Positions 1-9,420 of a DNA stretch of 64,000 bases are shown here, one piece after another. Origin of the DNA: a virus (lineage: Duplodnaviria; Caudoviricetes); the IMG/VR virus record IMGVR_UViG_3300012344_000013, positions 1-64,000 of that record; one strand, written 5' to 3'. How positions within the stretch are numbered: position 1 is the first letter of the stretch; every line of letters begins with the position of its first letter. The notes beneath the pieces are model-generated. The model saw only the letters and a list, made by a program, of their open reading frames with translations, ran no database searches and was not told the DNA's origin. Both the position numbers and the translations under genes were made by a program.

Positions 1-1151
1 AAGAATCTACAAATATACGTTTTGGTTTTACTGATAGATTTAATGATGGTGGTAATTGGATGACCGCAATGGGTTATGAAGCTGCTAAAAATAAATATAG
101 GAAAGAGTATAAAAATAAGATGAATGAGGATTTGATTAAAGAGCTGGAAAATATTCCCGCATCAGATGAAGTTAATACTGAAGTTCCAGTGACTATGGCT
201 GCTGCTAAGGAAGATGATAAGAAGAATGTAGAAGCAATTAGAAAATTGTTTAAGGATTTAGATAAATTAACAGCTGATTTTCTTAAACAGAATGATAATA
301 GAGAAAATAAAATAAAAGGAACAGATGCCATGAAGAAAATGGAACTTATGGAAAGTCTTTTTGAGGATGCAGATGCTAGTGAAGATATTTTAGATATGTT
401 TGATTTTTTATATAAATTATTTTCACCTACTGCTCCAAGTGGAGAAAGCACTATAAAGCTTCCTATTAAAAATAAACAGAGAGGCTTTAGGGGTTCTGGC
501 GGTGACGAAGGTCATGATGAATTAAATACTACTGATTATGATATTAGTGTTAATACTGACGGTGATTTAGTATTAAAAGCTGATTCTAAAGATAAGTTTG
601 ATTGGGTAGAGGAAGCTTGTGATTATTTAGATATTAAGCATGAGCCTGTTAAAGAGAATAAAGTTACTAAATCAAAACATAATTTTGAAAAAGTTATTCA
701 GGTACCTACAGATGATGATGGAAATCCTATGAAGATATCTGAGTATTTTGAAGAAATAGGTGATGACGTTACTAAATATATGAAGCCATCACCCGCACTT
801 AAAAAACAATTAAAAATAAAAAACGAAGATTGTATGAAAATGGTTAAGAGAACTAGAATGACTGAAGATTTAGATTTAGAAGAAAATGCTGAACTAATTG
901 CTAAGAAAGATATTTATTATTCAGATGTAAGTGACCTTTGGTTCGACGAAGAAGATTTAGATAAGTACAGAGAATTAGGAATTCTTCAATCAAATGGTGA
1001 TTTTACTTTCCCCAGAGGTTCTAAGTTTACTGTAGAAGCTGCAAAAGGTCCTGGTGGATTTTTAACACTTACACTTAATAAAACTAACGATGATTTTGAT
1101 TTTGCTATAGATGATGAGGATATTGAAGATTTATTTATAAAAGTAAGATAA
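1..1151 (+). CDS. Acidic hypothetical protein, probably head-associated/internal protein; 5'-truncated by the window edge
   Basis: The frame of ORF 60..1151 is open back to position 3 (ESTNIRFG...), so the true start is probably upstream. Very acidic, with repeated hydrophobic-x-E motifs (MNE-D, LME-S, LFE-D, MTE-D). Confidence 0.6.
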   Translation, partial: ESTNIRFGFTDRFNDGGNWMTAMGYEAAKNKYRKEYKNKMNEDLIKELENIPASDEVNTEVPVTMAAAKEDDKKNVEAIRKLFKDLDKLTADFLKQNDNRENKIKGTDAMKKMELMESLFEDADASEDILDMFDFLYKLFSPTAPSGESTIKLPIKNKQRGFRGSGGDEGHDELNTTDYDISVNTDGDLVLKADSKDKFDWVEEACDYLDIKHEPVKENKVTKSKHNFEKVIQVPTDDDGNPMKISEYFEEIGDDVTKYMKPSPALKKQLKIKNEDCMKMVKRTRMTEDLDLEENAELIAKKDIYYSDVSDLWFDEEDLDKYRELGILQSNGDFTFPRGSKFTVEAAKGPGGFLTLTLNKTNDDFDFAIDDEDIEDLFIKVR

Positions 1152-1167
1152 TTTAATGTAGATATGA

Positions 1168-1207
1168 AAAGATGTGTTGTTAATAAGGGCAGCACATCTT
1201 TATTTTT
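1168..1207 (+). terminator. Intrinsic terminator
   Basis: AAAGATGTGTTG / CAGCACATCTTT stem followed by ATTTTT, just after the stop at 1151. Confidence 0.7.
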
Positions 1208-1226
1208 ATAGAGGGAGAATGCAAGT

Positions 1227-1853
1227 ATGGCTTTATTTGATAACTATGAGAATTTAGGAAATGCTATACCGAATAACTTATATGCAAGATACCCTGTAAA
1301 AGAAATTTATAAAAAGCCATATGAGCAATATAACGCTCAAGGAGAATTTGTAGGTTATTTTTGGAACTATGGAACTACTGTTAATTTGCAATTTGATTTA
1401 TCAGGAGAAATAACGGTAGAAGGAAATGCTATTATATACACAGTAGCATATCAAAAGCCTACAAAAGTAACAAAAGGTTTTATAGGACAGAAAGCATATA
1501 ACATAGTAGATTTAACTTCTTGGACTTTAGATAATATAGTTGGAGAAGATTATAGTTGGATAGAAGATAGTGATTTTACATATCCTGCAGAAGGTTCTAA
1601 GAATATTTATATAGATGCTACTGATTATTTGAAAGATAAAAAAGTAATAGTATCTTTATATAATTTTAGAATGGAAAAACTTGATGAGAAATTATTCGAG
1701 GGTAGTACTAATATAGTTTATACTATTGATAAAGAATTATCTGATAAATTAGTTAAGGGAATTTATTACTGTTCATTAGTAGTATATGACCCTATAGCTT
1801 TGACATATATAACAGTAATAGATGAGAATTCTTTTCTATTAGAAGTAAAGTAA
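1227..1853 (+). CDS. Virion structural protein with BppU-like/Ig-like adaptor fold
   Basis: C-terminal 'S.KL.KGIYYCSL' resembles 'TANILPGKYYYQI' in 2401..2769; SD GGGAG; lies in the fibre module. Confidence 0.5.
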   Translation: MALFDNYENLGNAIPNNLYARYPVKEIYKKPYEQYNAQGEFVGYFWNYGTTVNLQFDLSGEITVEGNAIIYTVAYQKPTKVTKGFIGQKAYNIVDLTSWTLDNIVGEDYSWIEDSDFTYPAEGSKNIYIDATDYLKDKKVIVSLYNFRMEKLDEKLFEGSTNIVYTIDKELSDKLVKGIYYCSLVVYDPIALTYITVIDENSFLLEVK

Positions 1854-1864
1854 GGAGGTAGATT

Positions 1865-2386
1865 ATGGATATTAGAATAAAAGCAAGATTAAATGCTTAT
1901 GCTAAAATAGATAATCTAAACAATATACCTACTCCTACTGAAGAAGATAAGAATAGTTTATTAGGAATTGATAGTACTGGCAAATACGTATTTTATAAAT
2001 CTATTACTAATGAATATATAGATTATTTATTTAATGGATTTCCTCCTGACCCGCCTATGCCCGTATACCGTAAAGGTGACCTTAACGGTGATGGTTTAGT
2101 TAATATGGAAGATATCTATTTATTTAGAGATTATTTATTAGGTAATTCTGTAGATATACCTCATATAGAAAATGCAGATATGAATGGTGATGGTAAAATC
2201 ACTTTTGAGGATTATGAGATGTTAGTAAGTTTAGTTAAAGATGAAAATCCTGATTTAGTATATGTAGAAGATGAAGATATCGATAAATTATTTAATGGTT
2301 CAGATACTCCTGAAGAACCTGATAAGCCAGGAGAAGACGATGATACAGAATATGTAACTAAATCAGATATAGATAACCTATTCTAA
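1865..2386 (+). CDS. Fibre-module adaptor protein containing a type-I-like dockerin domain (aa ~70-125)
   Basis: Duplicated Ca-binding loop-helix: GDLNGDGLVNMEDIYLFRDYLLG ... ADMNGDGKITFEDYEMLVSLV. Three IDxLF motifs; SD AAGGAGGT. Confidence 0.8.
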   Translation: MDIRIKARLNAYAKIDNLNNIPTPTEEDKNSLLGIDSTGKYVFYKSITNEYIDYLFNGFPPDPPMPVYRKGDLNGDGLVNMEDIYLFRDYLLGNSVDIPHIENADMNGDGKITFEDYEMLVSLVKDENPDLVYVEDEDIDKLFNGSDTPEEPDKPGEDDDTEYVTKSDIDNLF

Positions 2387-2400
2387 AGGAGAGTGATTAT

Positions 2401-2769
2401 ATGTTTAATGTAGATAGAGAAGGTATAATCACTCTTACAAGAGGGGATTCTTTTAGAGTACCTTTATTTATCAATCAAGGTACTTGTATAGATTTAATAA
2501 GATATACTATAAATGATGAGTCAGAAATATATATGGCTGTAACAGAACCTAATCAGCCTTTTGAATTAGCTTTAATAAAAAAGAAATATACTTCAAAAGA
2601 TTTGAACGATAAAGGTGATGTAGAAATATCTTTTAATTCAGAAGATACGGCAAATATATTACCAGGAAAGTATTATTATCAAATTAAAGCTAAATTATAT
2701 GATAAAGAGAAGAACAATTATATAGTAAATACAATAATACCTAAGACACAATTTTTTGTAATAGAGTGA
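2401..2769 (+). CDS. BppU-like/Ig-like baseplate-fibre adaptor
   Basis: 'ITLTRGDSF' start and 'DTANILPGKYYYQIK' pattern typical of phage BppU-N-like small proteins. Confidence 0.55.
   Translation: MFNVDREGIITLTRGDSFRVPLFINQGTCIDLIRYTINDESEIYMAVTEPNQPFELALIKKKYTSKDLNDKGDVEISFNSEDTANILPGKYYYQIKAKLYDKEKNNYIVNTIIPKTQFFVIE
2689..2701 (+). promoter_or_regulatory. Putative phage late promoter motif GCTAAATTATATG (intragenic)
   Basis: Identical 13-mer to the intergenic motif at 27298; upstream of 2780 and 2980. Confidence 0.35.
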
Positions 2770-2779
2770 GGTAATTTAG

Positions 2780-2962
2780 ATGGACTGTAAAGAAGATATT
2801 AGACCTTACTTATATGGTAAATTAAATCAAGAAGTTGAAAGACAACAGTACAAAGGACTTACTACTGATACAGTAGAAGTAATAGTAGATAATGCAGAAA
2901 ACACTATAAGTGCTAATGTAAAACAAATGACTTCTAGGGAAATAGATAATTTATTCAATTAA
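2780..2962 (+). CDS. Small fibre-associated protein ending in EIDNLFN
   Basis: SD GAGGT, 60 aa, shares its C-terminal motif with 1865..2386. Confidence 0.6.
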   Translation: MDCKEDIRPYLYGKLNQEVERQQYKGLTTDTVEVIVDNAENTISANVKQMTSREIDNLFN

Positions 2963-2979
2963 AAAGGAGGTTAAATAGC

Positions 2980-5900
2980 TTGGTAAGTTTTTTAGATAAT
3001 GAAGGCTTAAAATACTATGATGAGCGACTTAAAGCTTGGGTAGAAGCTAAAGTTGAGAAGTCAAGTAGCGCTTCAGATAAGAAAATAGAAGAATTAGATA
3101 ATAAAGTAAAAACAGAAGTAGCTCAAGATGTTAAATTGGATTTAACAGAAGATTATGTACTTACCGTTAAACTTTATAGTGAAGAAGGAACATTGATTTC
3201 AGATGATTCAGTAGATTTACCTATTGAATCACTTGTAAAGAATGGTTATTATGATGAAGATAAAAAAGAAATAGTTCTTGAATTACAAGATGGTACTAAA
3301 ATAGAAATCCCTGTAGGAGATTTAGTAGAAAATAAACTCGATAAAACATCTACTAAAAATGCTGTTTACGCTAACGATACTGATGGCAATCCAACAATGC
3401 TGAAGCAGTCAGCAACCAGTGCCGAAAGATATACACTTGTATTAAGAAATGCAGGCGGCGCTATTGTTACTGCATATGGTTCAGAAGATAATGAAGCCGT
3501 AACGGTAAGACAATTACAGGATAGCTCAGATATTTTACAGGATTTTATAAATAAAAAGTTAAACAAAGCCACAGAAAAGAATAAATTATATGGTACACAA
3601 GAAGATGGATACCAGTATTTATATAGTATAAATAAAAATGTAGATGCGCACTCCGTAGCGCAACGTACTGAGTTTGGTACTATTAAAGCATCTTATCCTC
3701 GTGAAAACGACGATGTAGCGACACAAGAATCCGTTTTAGCTGGATTAGATAAGAAATTAAATAGGGTCAATAAAGAATCAGATTATTTATCTGTTTATGC
3801 GGTTACTGACAATGGTAAAGACGCTTTCTTAAAACAAAAATCGGATAAGGCTCAAGCATGGAGTATTCCTTTAAGATTTAGACAGGGACAGATTTTAGCA
3901 GCTCGTTCTGATATAGAAACAGACCCTGAAAAACTTAAAGATTCAGAAGGCAATCCTATAGATACTGACAATTTTTTAGTTACACAAGGACAGTTAAAAG
4001 AAGTAAATACTAAAGTAGATAATAGACTATTAAAAACAAAAAGTACTTACATACTTTATGGAACAACTGGTAAAGATGCAGAAGGAAATACAATTCAATC
4101 AGAATTACCTTTTAGGTCAACCGCAGCTGGTAATTCTATTACACAAAGAACTGCTGAAGGCAGAATAAAAGCAGTTGCTGGTGCAGACTTAAACGATGTA
4201 GTAGTTGTATCACAGCTTAAAGATATTGAAGATGATTTAGACTTAATATCTACTGATATCAATGACGCTACAAATATCTACTATCCTAATAAAGAAGATA
4301 AAGAAGCATTTAATATTGCCAGAAATAATATTAGTGGCTCTAACTCCATTGTAGGAAGTAAAGGATTTAAGATTACACAAGATAATTTCCATAATGCTTG
4401 TCTGGGTTTATTTGTAATTAAACCTGCTGTTCAAGATACCCTTTCAGATATATCTTTAGTTAAAACTATGGTATGTGAGAGATATGGTAGTAGCCAAACT
4501 CTTACTGTAATAGATAGTAATGCATATGTAGATGGTGCTAACGAGTATGTAACATTTTTAACGCAGGAGCCTCCTTATTTATATTCTGAAGATGCTTATA
4601 GTTTTTCACAGATTACATTTAAGAATGAAGCTGGAGATACAATTGGTACATTACAGCCTCCTAAAGACCAAGCAGCAGACCTTATCCAATGGTATGGCTG
4701 TGTATATCAAGAGGGGCAGCTTGAGCCATCTACTAGCTTAAGCGCCTATGTGGAATTACAAGGCAATTATTATATGCCTAAAGCAGATAATATAGGTGCT
4801 TTCTATTATGTAGATATTCCTAATGATGTTATTACACAAAATCTTGTAAACGAACCTACTTGTATAAAAATAGATGCCAACTTTGATTCAGGTACTCGTC
4901 AATCTTATAAAGATTGGGGAGATGACGGAACACTTACTACAGTAATAGCGGAGCAATGTCTTAAAGCAAATTACACTGTAGGTAACAGTTATTTAACTCT
5001 TTTCTTGAAGAAAAATAAAAGAGAAGGTCAAGGTTTAGAACAAGCTCCTATATTCAAAACAAGCTCTTGTATTAGATTTACCGACTATCCTGAGATAGGT
5101 AATGCTACTGTAGGCTTAGGATTTAATAATATCTTTGGCGATACTGATAGAGGATTATTTGATTTTGGATTTGCTAGTGGTTACGGCAATACTTCAATTG
5201 GACGTTATAGTATAACTGGTGGTACTAGAAATAGTGCAGTTTATGCTGGCGTTGCTCTTGGTAATCACAATATTGTTCTTGGACAAAGTGGCTTTGCTGC
5301 TGGTGCAACGAACTTTATTAGCCGAAGTGGTAGCAATGGCATTGCACTTGGCTCTGAGAACGTGTTAAACGGTAAGAACAATGTTGCTGGCGGTAGAGCG
5401 AATAACGTGGGTGGTTTGTATAGTGTTGCACTTGGTTACGGTAACAAAGTAAAGGGCAACAACGGTATAGCACTTGGTTATAATAACAATCAAAGCGATG
5501 ACCTTGAGTTTGCTGTCGGTCTTGGAAACACTTTAACTGGTGAAGGCTCAATAACATTGGGCAGAGCGAACCAAGCATGTGGAAATTACAATGTTTGCAT
5601 AGGGCGAGGTAATATAGCAAACTTATCTACATTTAATATAGTTATAGGCCAAAACAATAATAGTTATGGAAATCATTCACTTACAGTAGGCGTAGATAAT
5701 AAGAATTATATGCGTGCTTCTATTGTTGCCGGATTTGGAAATAGAATTAACAATGACAACCCTCTATCTTCTGATGGTGCAGGTCATTTAGTAGGCGGTA
5801 ATAATAATACTTTAGATACTGGACGTAATAATATCTTGAGCGGCCAAACTTGCCATATTAAATTAAGGGATTCTCTTGTAGTAGGTAATAACCTACAGGA

Positions 5901-7302
5901 TTTATCTGGCGGTTATGGTAAAGCTATATTCGGTAACTATAATGACGACACGTCTTATGCAAGTTTAGTACTCGGTAATGGCACAAAAGACCCTGTAACA
6001 AATGTAGTTACTAGAAGAAATGCTTTTGAAGTACATTCAGACGGTCGAGTAATCACACCGACATCACCTGCATATTTAGATTCGCATACAAAGAGACTTA
6101 CAACAAAAGAATATGTTGATAATAAGATAGCTACTGAACTTGCTGCTGCTAAAGCGGCTTATGAAGAAGTATTCACAATAGATTTATATAAACAGGAAAA
6201 TGGTTATTATTCTGAATCGAAAGTCGACGACATTAAAGCGGCTTATGAAGAAGGAAAAGTACTTAAAGTACATGAAATAGATGAAACTGACGAAGTTCTT
6301 CCGCTTATGTACATTACAGTAGAGGATGATAAAATATCGGCTAGATTTGGATATTCTTATGTAGCGGCAGGTGGCGAAAGTGTAATTACCGTTTCGTTAG
6401 ATTATAGTAGTGAAGATGAAGGCTGGCATAAAGAGATTAGTGAAGGAGATTATTTTAGGTTAAATAAGAATCCTTCTGATAATTCTCTAGTAGCTGCTGG
6501 AAATCTTAATATGGGCAGTTACGGTATTTCAAATATCGGAGAGTTGCATGTTAATGGAGAGGCTTCTATATTTGTTGGCTCTACAGTTAAATCGGAAGCA
6601 GGTACTACTAATAAGCCTAGATTAACAGGTGTAGTCAATGAAGTTGCCGCAGCATTTGTACAATCTGATACTCAAAACACCTACATTCCTCTGTATATAG
6701 GTAATCCTACTAAACCTAAACATGCCGTTAATAAAGAGCATTTAGATGCTATTATAAGTGAATTTATAGCAGAAGAAGATAACGGCAAAACCTTAAAACT
6801 TGTATCTGATACAGCAAGTGATACCGTATTAAAACTTGATTGTGAAGGCGTTAGATGTACTAATACTACTACCCAAGAAGATACAGTAAGCTTTAAGTGG
6901 AATGGAGTTTCTCCTTACACTATAGGAATTACAGAAACCTATGATAGCAGTACTGAAACTTCAACTTATACAACAAATTCCCCGTTTAGTTTTGATGCTA
7001 TTAAAGAAGCTTTTAATAATGCGAGACCTCTTCAGGTATTTTTAACTCAAACAGATACTAATAATAAAAGCTTATTACCCTTAATGAGTGCTGATTTCAA
7101 TGGTAATAATGCTATATTAGTGTTTGGACATTCTTATGTACAGCATGACGGATTAGTAGTTCACTCATCTGCAATAGAATATATTCACAATGAAGGTCAA
7201 GCTGACCAGTGGTTGGATATAAGTGCTTCGTCAGAGAGTCTTACTAAATCAGCTTTTAATTTTGATGAATCAACAGGGACTCTTACAATTGATTTAGATT
7301 AA
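2980..7302 (+). CDS. Large tail fibre/adhesin with YadA-head-like (Hep/Hag) beta-roll repeats
   Basis: TTG start with SD AAGGAGG. N-terminal ~65-aa repeats (KL.K...YA/G...A...R...G.I....D.....Q). ~14-aa G/N repeats (GIALGSENVLNGKN, SVALGYGNKVKGNN) followed by 'LVLGNG...RRNAFEVHSDG'. Confidence 0.75.
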   Translation: MVSFLDNEGLKYYDERLKAWVEAKVEKSSSASDKKIEELDNKVKTEVAQDVKLDLTEDYVLTVKLYSEEGTLISDDSVDLPIESLVKNGYYDEDKKEIVLELQDGTKIEIPVGDLVENKLDKTSTKNAVYANDTDGNPTMLKQSATSAERYTLVLRNAGGAIVTAYGSEDNEAVTVRQLQDSSDILQDFINKKLNKATEKNKLYGTQEDGYQYLYSINKNVDAHSVAQRTEFGTIKASYPRENDDVATQESVLAGLDKKLNRVNKESDYLSVYAVTDNGKDAFLKQKSDKAQAWSIPLRFRQGQILAARSDIETDPEKLKDSEGNPIDTDNFLVTQGQLKEVNTKVDNRLLKTKSTYILYGTTGKDAEGNTIQSELPFRSTAAGNSITQRTAEGRIKAVAGADLNDVVVVSQLKDIEDDLDLISTDINDATNIYYPNKEDKEAFNIARNNISGSNSIVGSKGFKITQDNFHNACLGLFVIKPAVQDTLSDISLVKTMVCERYGSSQTLTVIDSNAYVDGANEYVTFLTQEPPYLYSEDAYSFSQITFKNEAGDTIGTLQPPKDQAADLIQWYGCVYQEGQLEPSTSLSAYVELQGNYYMPKADNIGAFYYVDIPNDVITQNLVNEPTCIKIDANFDSGTRQSYKDWGDDGTLTTVIAEQCLKANYTVGNSYLTLFLKKNKREGQGLEQAPIFKTSSCIRFTDYPEIGNATVGLGFNNIFGDTDRGLFDFGFASGYGNTSIGRYSITGGTRNSAVYAGVALGNHNIVLGQSGFAAGATNFISRSGSNGIALGSENVLNGKNNVAGGRANNVGGLYSVALGYGNKVKGNNGIALGYNNNQSDDLEFAVGLGNTLTGEGSITLGRANQACGNYNVCIGRGNIANLSTFNIVIGQNNNSYGNHSLTVGVDNKNYMRASIVAGFGNRINNDNPLSSDGAGHLVGGNNNTLDTGRNNILSGQTCHIKLRDSLVVGNNLQDLSGGYGKAIFGNYNDDTSYASLVLGNGTKDPVTNVVTRRNAFEVHSDGRVITPTSPAYLDSHTKRLTTKEYVDNKIATELAAAKAAYEEVFTIDLYKQENGYYSESKVDDIKAAYEEGKVLKVHEIDETDEVLPLMYITVEDDKISARFGYSYVAAGGESVITVSLDYSSEDEGWHKEISEGDYFRLNKNPSDNSLVAAGNLNMGSYGISNIGELHVNGEASIFVGSTVKSEAGTTNKPRLTGVVNEVAAAFVQSDTQNTYIPLYIGNPTKPKHAVNKEHLDAIISEFIAEEDNGKTLKLVSDTASDTVLKLDCEGVRCTNTTTQEDTVSFKWNGVSPYTIGITETYDSSTETSTYTTNSPFSFDAIKEAFNNARPLQVFLTQTDTNNKSLLPLMSADFNGNNAILVFGHSYVQHDGLVVHSSAIEYIHNEGQADQWLDISASSESLTKSAFNFDESTGTLTIDLD
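6150..6253 (+). repeat. 20-bp perfect direct repeat TAAAGCGGCTTATGAAGAAG (6150-6169, 6234-6253)
   Basis: Read directly; both copies encode KAAYEE. Confidence 0.85.
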
Positions 7303-7313
7303 GGTGACGTACT

Positions 7314-7856
7314 ATGACTTTTAAGATAAATAATACTGATGTAAGCAAGGTTCAAGTATATGGTGGTAATATTATAAGCTTTTCAAATTCTCTTAATTGG
7401 GATAACAATGGAATAACGTATACAAGTCAGGCAAGCGGTGCTATTATAATAAATGGCACCGCAACTACTGAATCTTATTGTAATCTTGGTTTAACAGAAC
7501 CTTATCCCCAGGGGATACCAAACGATGTTTATACGTTATCGGGCTGCCCTGATAAAGACGGTTTGTCATTAGTTTTAGCTAATAGAAGCGGCGGAGCTAT
7601 TGTAAAAGATGGCGCTAATAATAGTGTAATAAACTCGAACGATGCTCCTTTTACTGGACAGGTAGAGATTTCAGGATTTATTCCTGTTATAAGCATTCGT
7701 GTAGCTGCAGGAACCGTTGTAGATAATTTAGAAATAAAGCCTATGTTTAATATAGGAGATAAAGCACTTCCTTTCAAACCTTACTTTGAAAAACAAGTAA
7801 ACAAACTAATAGTAAAGAAAAACAATACTGAAACAGTTGTATATAATAATATATAA
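7314..7856 (+). CDS. Fibre-associated protein with probable beta-sandwich/carbohydrate-binding-like insert
   Basis: 'NGITYT...IIINGTAT' and 'IKPMFNIGDKALPFKPY' are recurrent phage fibre motifs; follows the fibre gene. Confidence 0.5.
   Translation: MTFKINNTDVSKVQVYGGNIISFSNSLNWDNNGITYTSQASGAIIINGTATTESYCNLGLTEPYPQGIPNDVYTLSGCPDKDGLSLVLANRSGGAIVKDGANNSVINSNDAPFTGQVEISGFIPVISIRVAAGTVVDNLEIKPMFNIGDKALPFKPYFEKQVNKLIVKKNNTETVVYNNI
7837..7848 (+). promoter_or_regulatory. TTGTATA-type phage promoter motif
   Basis: TTGTATATAATA, identical to 30529-30540; upstream of the lysin gene. Confidence 0.45.
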
Positions 7857-7880
7857 TTGTATTAAGGAGATGGATATTTA

Positions 7881-9242
7881 ATGGCTTATTCAAGAGAAAC
7901 ATATGTAAATCAAATGAGAGCCTGGATAGGTAGAAATGAGTATGATGGTACTCATAAAGAAATTATTGATATTTATAATGCGCATAAACCTCTTGCTAGA
8001 AATTATAAAGTAAAGTATACAGATAGTTGGTGTGCAACAACAGTATCGGCAGCAGCAATAAATGTGGGGTATACAGATATCATTCCACTTGAATGTTCTT
8101 GCGGTAAAATGATAGCATTAGCACAGCAAATGAGAATATGGCAAGAAAATGACGCTTATGTTCCTAATCCTGGTGATATTATCATGTATGATTGGGACGA
8201 CAACGGTAATGGTGACGATACAGGTTGGCCTGAACATGTAGGTGTTGTAGAAACTTGTGATGGTTCAACTATTACTGTTATTGAAGGTAACTATAAAGAT
8301 GCTGTTGGTAGACGTAATATAGCGGTAAATGATAGATACATCAGAGGATTTATTTGTCCTAAGTTTGATAGTAATGAAGGAAGTGGTATTGCGATGAGAT
8401 TTCAACTTTTACAGAATATGAATATGAGAAGTACCCCTAACGGGAATCTCGTTACGAGTATTCCACAGGGTACGATTATCAAGGGGACAGAGCTTAAATC
8501 AAGCGGAACTACACAATGGCTTTATACTGAATATAGCGGTAATAAAGGTTATGTTGCTGTATTGCCCGAAAGTAAGGGTTACGCTAAACAGCTTGGTGAC
8601 CCTAAATTTACTTGCGTAGTAGATTCTTGCAATGAAAAAGGATTTGCTGGTTGGTGTTATGACGGTATTTCCGATACAGAATATGAATTACATTGTTATA
8701 TAATTGGTGCAAACGGAAGAAGTGTTGGCTACCCTGGTATAATGGCTAATATTTACCGTGAGGACTTAAAAAATGCGGGTATAGGTAATGGCAAGCACGG
8801 TTTTAATTGGGAGCATAATTTGTATGCTGACTTAGGTGAAGGTACATTTGATTATACTCTTTACGCAATTACTGACGATGGTTCGAATCCTGGTGTAGCA
8901 ACAGGTAAAGTTACAATTAACAAAATTGTAGAACCTGAACCGACTCCCGAGCCCACTCCAGAGCCAACACCAGAACCTACTCCTGAAGAACCTTCTGATA
9001 TAGAAAAATTACAAGCTGAAATAGATAAACTTAAAGTAACAGTAGAAGAAAACATTAGTGCCATAAACTCATTAGCAAATCAATTGGTGTCAATAGAAGA
9101 TGAAATAGAAAATCTTGAGAAACAAATTGAAGTTAATAATGCTAATGATGGTACTTTATCGACTACAGTAAGTAATCTTATCTTAGATGTAGATGCTTGT
9201 AAGACTACTCTTAATAAGATTAAGAATATCTTTGTAGAATAA
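7881..9242 (+). CDS. CHAP-domain peptidoglycan hydrolase (endolysin or virion lysin): CHAP + SH3b-like + Ig-like + PEPT linker + coiled coil
   Basis: WCATTVS (catalytic Cys), PGDIIMYDW, HVGVV (His), IEGN; 'NMRSTPNG...W....Y.G.KGYV' is SH3-like. Confidence 0.85.
   Translation: MAYSRETYVNQMRAWIGRNEYDGTHKEIIDIYNAHKPLARNYKVKYTDSWCATTVSAAAINVGYTDIIPLECSCGKMIALAQQMRIWQENDAYVPNPGDIIMYDWDDNGNGDDTGWPEHVGVVETCDGSTITVIEGNYKDAVGRRNIAVNDRYIRGFICPKFDSNEGSGIAMRFQLLQNMNMRSTPNGNLVTSIPQGTIIKGTELKSSGTTQWLYTEYSGNKGYVAVLPESKGYAKQLGDPKFTCVVDSCNEKGFAGWCYDGISDTEYELHCYIIGANGRSVGYPGIMANIYREDLKNAGIGNGKHGFNWEHNLYADLGEGTFDYTLYAITDDGSNPGVATGKVTINKIVEPEPTPEPTPEPTPEPTPEEPSDIEKLQAEIDKLKVTVEENISAINSLANQLVSIEDEIENLEKQIEVNNANDGTLSTTVSNLILDVDACKTTLNKIKNIFVE
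8931..8993 (+). repeat. 12-bp degenerate tandem repeat encoding a (PEPT)n linker
   Basis: EPEPTPEPTPEPTPEPTPEEP. Confidence 0.9.
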
Positions 9243-9245
9243 ATA

Positions 9246-9343
9246 GTTTACAATGGATTACTAAGCTAGAATTGATTCTTATAGGTTAGATATAGATTTA
9301 TACACTTTATGTAAGAAAATGATTTTGAGCCTAAAAATCTATT
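9246..9343. repeat. Intergenic palindromic element, copy A (related to 26030-26147)
   Basis: Begins GTTTACAATGGATT; imperfect arms around a central TATAGATTTATA; ends AAAAATCTATT. Confidence 0.45.
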
Positions 9344-9366
9344 AGATAAGTAATGATTAGAGATAT

Positions 9367-9402
9367 AGAGGATTACTTTAACTAGCAATCCTCTTTTCTT
9401 TT
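9367..9402 (+). terminator. Intrinsic terminator
   Basis: AGAGGATTACT / AGCAATCCTCT stem + TTTCTTTT. Confidence 0.6.
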
Positions 9403-9420
9403 AGTAAAAGAGGTGAGAAT

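Noticed and set aside
8875-8895. GGTTCGAATCC resembling a tRNA T-loop
   Set aside because: No 5-bp T-stem or cloverleaf; lies inside the lysin CDS.
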